From NCBI GenBank assembly GCA_951406725.2, contig OX597819.1, positions 76,446,001-76,510,000 on the forward strand: 64,000 bases of DNA. Reading direction: 5' to 3'. Of this stretch, positions 53,487 to 64,000 are shown one piece after another (within the stretch, counting starts at the first letter, position 1; every line of letters begins with the position of its first letter). A model generated the notes under the pieces. The model worked only from the letters and a program-made list of their open reading frames with translations. It ran no database searches and was not told the origin of the DNA. A program made the translations under genes and the position numbers. The DNA comes from Octopus vulgaris (taxonomy: Eukaryota).

Positions 53487-53901
53487 GCGCAGGAGTGGCT
53501 GTGTGGTAAGTAGCTTGCTAACCAACCACATGGTTCTGGGTTCAGTCCCACTGCGTGGCATCTTGGGCAAGTGTCTTCTGCTATAGCCCCGGGCTGACCA
53601 ATGCCTTGTGAGTGGATTTGGTAGACGGAAACTGAAAGAAACCTGTCGTATATATGTATTTATATATGTATGTGTGTGTATGTGTTTGAGTTTCTGTGTT
53701 TGTCCTCCTAGCATTGCTTGACAACCGATGCTGGTGTGTTTACGTCCCCGTCACTTAGCGGTTCGGCAAAAGAGATCGATAGAATAAGTACTGGGCTTAT
53801 AAAGAATAAGTCCCGGGGTCGATTTGCTCGACTAAAGGCGGTGCTCCAGCATGGCCGCAGTGAAATGACTGAAACATGTAAAAGAGTAAAAGAGTAAAGA
53901 G
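53487..53901 (+). mobile_element. tRNA-derived SINE with internal microsatellite, full-length
   Basis: gcgcaggagtggctgtgtggtaag...gggttcagtccc...central (TA/TG)n...tail (gtaaaaga)n; other copies at 23120, 29810, 60791, 63011. Confidence 0.9.
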
Positions 53902-54985
53902 TATGCCTAATATTATTGAGTTTATAGTATTTAGTTTGTTTCTGTACATCCATAATTTAAATTTCACATGGATTGACTTTTCCTAATATCCCTTTGAGGT
54001 TTAATGAAATAAATGCAAGTTCTGTTCTCGATTGATTTGATAGATTGTAGGCCCTTTGAAAATATTTGTGTCCTTATGGTAATGTCAGTTACTGTATCGC
54101 AGATATGAGGAAATGTTAAAATATCGCCTTTTTAAAATCGAAATCTGTCTTTCTTTGAAAAATTCATTAAAGTTTCATATTGAAAACAAACAGCTGTATA
54201 AATATGTTTCAATAATGAACTGCATCAAAAGCAAAATAGAATTTTATTTAATTTCACAACCCTCGTATGTTTCTATTCTATTACTTGCTTTAGTTACTAA
54301 CATGAATAATTAATCACCAGTAGAGAAACAAAGACACACTCACACACATGTATACAAAACACTTTACTCTCTTTCAAATCTGTTTAGATCATGAATTCAA
54401 TTGAAACAACATTAAATTTTGAATATAAATTCTATAATTTCCGTTCTTCCTTTTAATTTGAAACGTCATCAAGCCAGAAATATTATAAAGAATGCATTAA
54501 TGTAACAAACTTCAGTAGCAATAACAACAGCAAATGATTTAAATGGAACAATTAATTTCAAAATAATACTAAACACACAAAATGAGCTCCGTATGTTGTT
54601 TTCGGGCAGTTTTTTTTTGCGGCAATTTATTGTAATAAATCTTTATTAGTATTCAATATTATTAGGTAGAATGATAGTTATCCAAATATTAGCTTATTTA
54701 ATCAGTTATCGGAGGAGTTGCTAACTTCTTGATATGATGCATACTAATTCATGTCTTTAGTTTGTATATTACCCAGCAATTATAACCAACCTGCCTCACT
54801 GCATTCAACGATATTTGTTTCATATTATTGTTAAAATTAGTCATGTGCGTAGGTTTTTGACTTGGCGCTCTTGTTCAATCATGTTCATACATCGCATGTC
54901 AGGGAGCTAATTCACAGAGGAAGATCGACACTAGCTATAACATTAGAATGTGACGGATACATATTTTAAAATGTTCAACGAAATA

Positions 54986-55021
54986 TGTATATATAAAAGG
55001 CAGCATGTGTATGTGTGTGTG

Positions 55022-55058
<37 letters not shown>

Positions 55059-56510
55059 GTGAATGTAATTTATGCACGGCCACAAATTAGCACGCATGTC
55101 GCTCCAATTTTAGGAGGACATTCGTCATGGCCCTACCCCAACTTATCTTTTCCAGAGGCACCAGCGAATAGCCGTAAAAATAAATTTTCAACCAAAACTT
55201 TTAACAATTTTCAAATCGTACTAATCACTATTGTTTACAAACAGGAATTAAGTCCCCTTCTAGCGACGAGTAAGTTTTTGCTAAGACTTTTGTTGTTTTT
55301 TTCCATCGAGGAAAAAAGTGTTTTGTTGATATACGAGCAACACACACACACACACACACGAACATGTATGCAGTATGTGTACGTACGTACGTGCGTGTAT
55401 GTGTGTGTGTGTGCTGCCCATATATATATATATATATATATATGTGGAGGCGCAATGGCCTAGTGGTTTGGGCAGCGCGGTCGCAGGATCGCGGTTTCGA
55501 TTCCCAGACCGGGCGTTGTGAGTGTTTATTGAGCGAAAACACCTAAAAGCTCCACGAGGCTCCGGCAGGGGGTGGTGATCCCTGTTGTACTCTTTCACCA
55601 CTCTTTCTCCCACTCTTTCTTCTGTTGGCCTGCTCACTTAGCCAGCGGGGTGGCGTCATTCGAAGGCTAAAACAATGAGAACGCATTGTGACCAGCGATG
55701 TGTAACAACATCTGATGGTCTGGTCGGTCACGTGATCACGTGATATATATACATATATATACTTAAGACTTAGTTGTTATCTGAACATAACCGCTTCTGA
55801 CACAGAGAATCGGGAGCCCATTTGGACATTCTATTTTCCTTGCTGGAAGGGTTCCTAACCCATGAGCAAAGCGGGGTCAGATGATGGAATAGTGTTTTCA
55901 AAGGGCTGGCATGTGCAACCTGATCACCTATGCCGATCAAACTCCCAACCCATGCGCTCCCGTCGCGACGCTTAATCTGCAGAACTGGGTTGGGTGTGAA
56001 AACCAACTTTAAAGTATAACTATAGATGAATTGAATCAGCAATATTTTGTTCGGTTAAGTCCTCTTTGTGGTGAAAAATTAATAAACTGATTCCTTATGG
56101 GTTTTCCCATTCAATACGGATAAAAAATCGATAAACCGATACCTTATAGGATTTCCCAATAAAATTGGCTACACCACATTTTCAACCATAACTTTTAGCA
56201 ATTTTGATGTATTTTGTTCAAACTTGATACCAGCATTACTTAGGGCTCATGGGATCGTTGAATGCTTTAAGTTCTCCAAAACCGAAAAAGCAATACAAAA
56301 AATCGATGAGTGGAAAATATCGATGAACCGATTCCTTATGGGATTACCCAATCAAGTTGCCTGCAACTCATTTTCAGCCAAAGGTTTACCAATTTCAACG
56401 GATTTCGCCCAAATTTAACGTTGATGTTATTTAGTTTGGTTTGAAATAAAGAACTTGATTAACTTAATAATCCTAACTTAATCCCGTGAAAAGGCGGGCT
56501 ATACTGCTAG
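54986..56510 (+). mobile_element. Non-autonomous Helitron with a nested SINE
   Basis: 5' A^TGTATATATAAAAGGCAG (TC mutated to TG); 3' CCCGTGAAAAGGCGGG hairpin then CTATACTGCTAG^T; three ~40-bp internal repeats at 56083-56355. Confidence 0.75.
55445..55745 (+). mobile_element. tRNA-derived SINE (distinct body) nested in the Helitron
   Basis: tggaggcgcaatggcctagtggttt...ggtttcgattcccag; ends TCACGTGATCACGTGA; flanked by (TA)n. Confidence 0.85.
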
Positions 56511-56589
56511 TATCTTCTAAATTGCATAGTCTTCTCAAAAAGTGAATGGATACAGTAAACATTTATATCTTATAATAATAGAAAAGTAA

Positions 56590-56960
56590 GAGCTGGTAGA
56601 ATCGCTAGCACGCCGGGCAAAATGCTTAACGGAATTTCGTCCGTCATTACCTTCTTAGTTCAAATTCTACCCCTTTCGGGAGTCGAAAAAGTAAGTAGCA
56701 GTTGAATACTGGGGTCAATGTAATCGACTTAGCCCTCCACGAAATTGCTGGGTTTGTGCCTAAATTTGAAACCAATAATAGGGTGGCAATCTGATAGAAT
56801 TTCAGCGCACCGGACAAAATGTTTAGCGGTATTTCGCCTGTCTTTACGTTCTGAGCTCAAATTCTGCGTTGACCTTCATCCTTTCGGGATCGATAAAATA
56901 AGTTCGAAGTAATCGGCTACCCAGTTCCTTGAAAATTTCTGGCCTTGTGTCCTATAGTAA
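56590..56960 (+). mobile_element. Two tandem SINE copies (13544 family)
   Basis: gagctggtagaatcgctagcacgccgggcaaaatgc... and gggtggcaatctgatagaat...gttctgagctcaaattc. Confidence 0.8.
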
Positions 56961-57837
56961 AATGAATGATTATCTTACCATAATAGGAAAGCTGTTAGTC
57001 AGACTGGAGTGTTTAGTAAGTCTTGTGGTATTTAGTTATGTCCTTATTGCTATAATTTTATATTCATTTTCCTGAATCGACGAAACAGTCAAATATTAGA
57101 GTTAAATCACCTTTGTGTCCTTGTTAGAAATAATTGCTAATCAACTTATTATTTCTAAACCGTTCTGGATATCAATCGCAACTATTTTGTATTTCAACAA
57201 ATTTAATAAATATCAACGTATTTCCACAAAGAAATCAATCAATAGCTGTACGAGAACTACAAACATCGGTTTTAGAAAGTCGGTTTTGCTCCGTTGAACT
57301 TGTGACACACGAACATTATCATTTCATTTCTAAATCTTGTTAGTAATATCAATATTAGAAATGTTTTTCTTCGAAACAGTAATGGAAAACGACATAAAAT
57401 AACACGCAACATTTTCTTAAGCATTTCTTTATTTTTTCTGGTGTTTGTTTTCTAGATTTTGTCATTAGACTGTAACAATGATGAAACAACATTGGAACAA
57501 ATCCATTATTTTGTTTTGCCTATTGTTTCCATTACCTACATTCTAATAATGTGTTATTAGGCCATTGTTTATGACATTCGTCTTTTTATCAAACAATTTG
57601 TTGCATGTCCATGTTGTTTTTGATTTATCGGCTTCCCAAATCTTTCTTTTAGCAGCGTGTTTTAAATCCTACTGCTCTGAAATAATTTCTCTGAATATTT
57701 TTTCGTGTAATAGAGGCCTGCATATTAATATTGTTGAATAAAATATACGAAATTAAATATGTACGCACTTAAAGTATAAAGAAGATTAAAGTATACGTAT
57801 GCTGTAAACAAAGTATGATTGACATGCGACTAGATTT

Positions 57838-58070
57838 ATTTCTTCCCTCCTGCTTTCCTTTCTTCCTTCCTTCCTTCCTTCCTTCCTTCCTTACTTCTTT
57901 GTTTTTGTTTCTTTCTTTTTGTCTTCCTTCCTTCCTTCCTGCTTTCGTTTCTTTCTTTCCTCTTTCTTTCTTTCTTCCTTCCTTTCTTTCCTCCTTTCTT
58001 TCATTCTTTCATTCTTCCTTTCATCCTTTCTTTCTTTCTCACTTTGTTTGTTTGTTTCTTTCATTCTCTT
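57838..58070. repeat. Polypyrimidine (CCTT/CTTT)n tract
   Basis: Direct reading. Confidence 0.92.
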
Positions 58071-58119
58071 AATCTCTCATCCGATTCTTTCCAATATTTC
58101 CACCCAACCTAAGGCAGGA

Positions 58120-58307
58120 TCTAACAGAATCGGTAGGATGCTGGACAAAATTCCTGGCGGCATTTCGTCCGCCTTTGCGTTCTGGGTTCAAATGCCGCCG
58201 ATGTCAACTCTGTCTTTCATCATTTTGGAGTCGATAAAATAAGTACCAGTTGAGTACCGGGGTCGATGTAATCGACTTCCTCCCACCCCCGAAATTGCTG
58301 GCCTTGT
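58120..58307 (+). mobile_element. tRNA-derived SINE (13544 family)
   Basis: gggttcaaatgccgccgatgtcaactc...gtcgataaaataagtaccagttgagtaccggggtcgatgtaatcgac. Confidence 0.82.
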
Positions 58308-58717
58308 GAGTGTGTTGTCTTCTTGAAAAAAGGACTTCAAATATATCGCATATAGAAAATTGCGGATTATTTACCACTATTGACGGAGCATCAGCGTACA
58401 GTCAGCTCGTAAATTACTGCTGATCGGAGACATTTACAAATGTAGCTACATAATATATAGCATTTGCTGCCATCAAAATTAGCTGCTATATAAATCGACA
58501 ACGCGTTAATGTTTTATGAAAAATAATATCTCTCTTAAAATGATAATTCAGATATCTTCTGAGTTCTAATTACAAACTTAGCAGTTCGAATATGCTTCAA
58601 ATTTTCAAATCCGTAAGAAAGTCATCCATTATATTTTGTCATGTACAAAATGTTTCGCTGTAAACAAATTGGTGTAACTACACCAGGTCAGTTCACAGTT
58701 TCGTCTAATGCGTCTGC

Positions 58718-58762
58718 TGGGTGCATGCATTTCGAAGTGGTTATCTCCTCTTCAGTAACTGA
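58718..58762 (-). ncRNA. Hammerhead-core relic
   Basis: Minus strand CTGAAGA-GGAG(ataacca)CTTC-GAAA-TGCA-T; stem II and palindromic stem III (ATGCAT) present, stem I and cleavage triplet degenerate. Confidence 0.4.
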
Positions 58763-59199
58763 TACATGAAGGGAAGACGCTGCGAATTGACACGAGATAC
58801 TGGTCCTTCAGGGAATTATACGATGATACATTCTAGGAGTTAAATATTAAGTACCAATTAGATATCTAGATGTTACAGGGATAATACATACTGTGTTTGC
58901 TTAAGGCTGTTCTGGGACTAACACAACAGAAATAATAATATCAACAGCAACAACTGCAATTCCTGTACAAAATATAATTGACATCGCTACCATTTTTATC
59001 ATGCAGGTTATCTTCTGTAATTTCTGGGATGTTTACCAAAATGACGTATATTAAATAAAACCACAGGATATTGGCCAATTGGTTTGTGATTGGCGATGAA
59101 ATATTTTCTCGTAAACAAAATATGGAAATAATATTTTTTTTATTCTAATATATATTTCTTAATCTTATAAACTTTATTAATTTTTCTCCTTTTCTCTAT

Positions 59200-59730
59200 T
59201 GTCACCACCGTCCGCCATATCATCTTCATCATCGCCATCGTCGTCGTTGTCATCATCATGATCATCATCATCGTCATCACCATCGTCATCACCATCATTA
59301 ACATCATTATAATCACCACCACCACCACCACCATCGTCATCATCATCCACCTTGTTTTCTATATCAGATTCTTCCTATTTCTGCCCTTCTTTCCACTGCT
59401 TCATTTATTTCTCATTATTTCACTACCACAATCATCATCGTCTCGTTGTCCTCATCATCATCATCACCACCATCATGCACTTCCTGTAAATCAAAATCAT
59501 CATGATCATGATCATCATTAATTTCACCACCACCACCACCAACAACAACAACAACGACAGCGACTACAACAACAACAGAAACAGCAATTTTAGAACCTGC
59601 ATCTCCATCTCTATCCCGTCCCACTCCTTCTCCTTTTCCTTCCTCTCCTCCTTTTCCTTTCCCTCCTCCTTCCATCATCGCCATCTCATTCTTACCCCCA
59701 ACTCTCACCCACCTCTTCTTCTTCCTGCCT
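59200..59730. repeat. Degenerate (CAT)/(CAC)/(AAC) trinucleotide and pyrimidine-rich low-complexity block
   Basis: Direct reading. Confidence 0.9.
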
Positions 59731-60562
59731 AATCATATTCTCATCCATCTTCAGTTTACATTTTTTTTCTTGTTTGATTGTTTTGTTTATCTTCTTTTCG
59801 GAATAAAAAAGTAGTCGTGGGTTAATTTTAATTTAGTCCTGCAAAAAATTCCTTTCATGTTAGGACAGAAAATAAGTAGATAGCTTAATGAAGATGAAAC
59901 TGCAACAACAAAGTACAAAAAAAAAAGAAAAGAAATAAAAAAACAACATACAACATATAAGAAAAATAAATCTCGTTTTCCTATCGAGACTGGATTAGAT
60001 CCTTCTGTAATTTAACTACCAGTTTTCACTGAAATCGATACTAAATACGCTAATACAAATGATAGGAATTGAATTCGGTAGTTTCATTTGGTGGAATTCA
60101 TCACATTTGATAGTATTTAAACAAGTTTTCTTGTTTTGTATAGTTTTTTAATTGTTTTATATTTATTTACTGCTTGATATCGTATCTTATGTTTTACATG
60201 TTTCGGTCATTGGACTGCAGCCATTCACCAGTATCATATGCTGCGTACTACATTCAATGATATCTGTTTCATATTACCTGTAATTCAGTGATATCTGCTT
60301 CATGTTACTGTTAAAATTAGTCATGAGCCTGAAGGGTTTAGTCAAACAAATCAACTTTCTACTATAAGCACAAGGCCTGCAATTGTTGAGATAAGGGTCT
60401 AGTTGATTGTATCGACCCCGTTTCCCACTGGTACTAACTTCGTCAACCCGAAAGGGTAAAGGGCAAAGTGGAACTGGGCGGAATTTGAACTCAAAACGTA
60501 AAGATTTAATGATAATATTGATAATAATCATAATAATAATAATCATAATAATCATAATAATC

Positions 60563-60615
<53 letters not shown>

Positions 60616-60790
60616 CCTTCCTACTATAGGAAGTTTTGGGGAGAGGGTCAGTCGATTAGATGGTCCCCAGTACGCAAATGGTACTTAATTTATCGACCCC
60701 GAAATGATGCAAAGCAGGCCTCTGTGGAATAACCGGTAATTAAAAAGTAACCGAGAGTCTTTCACAATAATAGTAATAATAATAATAATA

Positions 60791-61161
60791 CTCTTACTCT
60801 TTACTATTTTACTTGTTTCAGTCCTTTGACTGCGGCCATACTGGAGCAAAACGACGCCAGGACTTATTCTTTGCAAACCTAGTGAATATTCTATCGGTCT
60901 CTTATGCCGAACCTATAAGTTACGGGGACGTAAACACACCACCATACGCTGTCAAGCAATGTTGGGGGGGGACAAACACAGACAGACAAACATATACACA
61001 CACGGCTTCTATCAGTTTCCGTCTACCAAATCCGCTCACAAGGCTTTGGTCGGCCCGAGGCTATGGTTGAATACATTTAGCCAAGGTGTCACGAAGTGGG
61101 ACAGAACCCAGAACCATGTAGTTGGTAATCAAGCCACTTACCACACAGCCACTTCTGCGCC
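60791..61161 (-). mobile_element. tRNA-derived SINE (53487 family)
   Basis: Reverse complement copy ending ...cttaccacacagccacttctgcgcc. Confidence 0.87.
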
Positions 61162-61184
61162 TATAATAATAATAAAAGAAATAA

Positions 61185-61235
<51 letters not shown>

Positions 61236-61236
<1 letters not shown>

Positions 61237-61812
61237 GGAAAAGGCGAGTATCTAGCGTAGCGCCTTCGAATAACCAGTGCTCCGGGTAGCTCGTACTCGT
61301 TAGCCTTGGATGTCATGCAGCCTAGGAGGAGGACCACTCTGAGTTCAAAACCAGAGAAGGAAGACGCATGCTGCCTTGGCGGACTACCTTGATAGAGGTG
61401 ATGTCTCGATAAAAACACCGGTTGGTAGTAACTTAAAAACACCTCATTTGTGAGTGAAAATGCCAAGCAAAATAGGTGACGATAACGGTGTGAATGGGAC
61501 TGAAACCAATGGTGACGGTACAGCACCCGGTAAGGGCCCCACTGTGCAGCAGGGTGGGCCTGGTCGTAATCCAGCAACCGCTAGCCATGCTACAAGACAT
61601 AAGTGTAGTAAACAAGTAAATGTGATGGTTATGAAGCGTTACTACAGAAGCACCCCACTGGCCAAAAATCAGCATTGTTTGGACTTGCAAGAATTCTTCG
61701 CAGTGTTCTTAAAATATGACCAGCAAACAAGTGTCACTTTAGTCTGATGGCTATGGACAGCTGACACTTTCCATCATACGCAGAAAAATAAGCTGTGAGT
61801 TTTCATCACAAC
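61236..61812 (+). mobile_element. Short internally deleted R4/Dong-like element between (TAA)n tracts
   Basis: 5' UTR, then ORF start MPSKIG...ATASHATRHKCSKQVNVMVMKRYYRS fused at ~61660 to QKSALFGLARILRSVLKI* (stop 61717-61719), then 3' UTR. Confidence 0.72.
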
Positions 61813-61903
<91 letters not shown>

Positions 61904-61926
61904 TAATAATAATAATAATAATAATA

Positions 61927-62030
61927 ATACCAGGTTTACCATCCCTACAGGAAGTGCAAAAAATCGTGTTTACTGAACGACTCATGTACTGAGAAGAGCA
62001 TTATCGCTGTGAAAGCAACATCCATTCATG
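61927..62030 (+). mobile_element. Extreme 3' end of a second R4/Dong-like element
   Basis: IPGLPSLQEVQKIVFT.. HVLRRALSL* directly after (TAA)n. Confidence 0.6.
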
Positions 62031-62896
62031 AATTTAATTATTAATTTTTTAAATACATATTTTAAATAAATAAATAATAATAACAATAATAATAATAATA
62101 CTGATAATGAATCGTCATCATCCATATCCTTATCATCAACACCACCGCCACGACCACCACTACTACTACAATCGTCTTCACTCTATTCTTCATCATTGTT
62201 CTATGGTAATAACTTCATATGCTCAATGACAGTTTTACCAAAGTACCTAATCGTAGAGATACCAGAGACTTCGTAGGCTTAATAATGGTTTTCTAAATGT
62301 ATTCAATCATCTATATATCACAGACAACATCATAATCCTGTGATCCTTCAAGGGAGGATTACACTGGGACAATTTCCCATTAACTTTAGTTCCAGAGAAA
62401 GTTCTGTACGAAACACGGCTAATGTGGCATTCATAAATTGTACAGAACTTCTATAAACTACGCTGTGAATTAATAAATCATGTATAACTGTCTGATTGTA
62501 TTTGGTGTCCTACTTTCATGGCAGTTACCGTCACAATACACATAATAAGGATTGATTATTGAAATACAAGGTTACACTTTCAATATGAAGGTGAATGGGT
62601 CGAGGAGTTATTATGCACTTCTAAATGGTATTAGCAATATAATTGAAGCTAATTGGATTTAGCAGTGAATCGCTTAAAGCAAAGGAATGAGAGCTAAGTA
62701 CTGGTCATCATTAAGAAATAGGAGCCTCAAATACTTAATTGTATTATACATCGCAGGCCATTTCTTTGTACGGAATAAAACCAAAAATTGTTAAGCATTA
62801 TAAAATTAATTTCTCATTAATGCAAGATTTTCTTTCTATGTCTTCAGTCAAAAATATGTGTGTGTGCGTGTATGTGTGTCTGCGTGCGTGTGTGTG

Positions 62897-62928
<32 letters not shown>

Positions 62929-63010
62929 TGTATGTATGTATGTATGTATGTATGTATGCATGTATGTATGCATGTATGTATGTATATATATATATATACG
63001 TGTGTGTATA

Positions 63011-63096
63011 TGGGCAAGTGTCTTCTACTATAGCCTCGGGTCAACCAAAGCCTTTGTGAGTGGATTTGGTAGACGGAAACAGAAAGAGGCCCGTCG

Positions 63097-63151
<55 letters not shown>

Positions 63152-63352
63152 TTGTGTCTCTGTGTTTGTCACACCAACATCGCTTGGTAACCCATGCTGG
63201 TGTGTTTACGTCCCCGTAACTTAGCGGCTCGGCAAAAAGGGACCGATAGAATAAGTACTATGCTTACAAAGAATAAGTGCTGGTGTCGATTTGCTCGACT
63301 AAAGGCGGTGCTCCAACATGGCCACAGTCAAATGACTGAAACAAGTAAAAGA

Positions 63353-63353
<1 letters not shown>
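63011..63353 (+). mobile_element. 5'-truncated tRNA-derived SINE (53487 family)
   Basis: tgggcaagtgtcttctactatagcctcggg...aatgactgaaacaagtaaaagag. Confidence 0.87.
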
Positions 63354-63407
<54 letters not shown>

Positions 63408-64000
63408 TCCTCTCCATTACGGGACTTCACGGTTACGGAAATGGAAAATTATGACCATTAATTTCAGGATACGGTCAGGTAATTTCGCTCTTACGGAAAC
63501 TTGAATTGCATAGTTTTAAATTGTTAGCCATTAAGAAATTCACTTTTCTTCTTAGCACAATGGCGGCTGGCGTTTCAGTTCAGATCAAAGTATATATTTA
63601 ACGATTTGGAAAACTGTCATATTACACACATACTTGTACACACATTAACACATAATGCACCTAATGTGAGTACATATAATGTGAGTATAAGAACTATCTA
63701 CACGAATACCACTACCAACACAGCAACCGTAATATACAGTTTAAATTAAACAAACAAATCCATTTCAAATAAAAACTTATAATGTGGTGTCCAAGTTTAT
63801 TCTGAAATTTGAATGAAATGTCTTTGATTTTAAGTCTATGGAGATTGATTTGAGACTAAACAGCCACAACAATACAATTAGCAAGAACAATATAACCACT
63901 ACAGCACCAATATCCATCAATGTTTTAATCCAACTGGCTTCAACAGAGAGCAGCATATATATCAATACATGTGTGTGCATGAGTGTGTGTTTCTGTGTGT

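Noticed and set aside
56083-56355. Three spaced ~40-bp repeats superficially like a CRISPR array
   Set aside because: Degenerate, irregularly spaced, inside a eukaryotic Helitron, no cas genes
62387-62460. Imperfect hairpin aagttctgtac/gtacagaactt
   Set aside because: Only an 11-12 bp core with a large loop; near chance expectation in 64 kb of AT-rich DNA

Overview
AT-rich, microsatellite-dense eukaryotic DNA with no recognisable intact host gene. It is intergenic or lies inside a very large intron. The SINE families, (TA)n/(TATG)n/(TAA)n arrays and LINE spectrum resemble an octopus (cephalopod) genome; this is an inference from repeat content. Nearly all ORFs in the track are microsatellite artefacts or fragments of decayed transposons. 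Retroelements: Penelope-like relics (GIY-YIG), CR1-like and RTE-like LINE 3' ends, a near full-length but decayed Tx1/L1-clade LINE (~33.9-38.5 kb, minus), a 5'-truncated Hero/R2-group RLE element (~49.7-51.1 kb), several R4/Dong-like pieces and many tRNA-derived SINEs. DNA elements: five Tc1/mariner relics and four non-autonomous Helitrons. The most interesting signals are structural: (i) four dispersed, degenerate minimal type-I hammerhead ribozyme motifs with palindromic stem III; (ii) a 368-bp fold-back element with TA target duplication, built from two back-to-back tRNA-like cassettes; (iii) a ~580-bp internally deleted R4/Dong-like element sitting in (TAA)n; (iv) a nested, possibly pseudoknotted 3' UTR on the Hero element; (v) many long inverted repeats and short perfect palindromes that could form dsRNA. 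Coordinates were read by eye, and boundaries of degraded elements are approximate.
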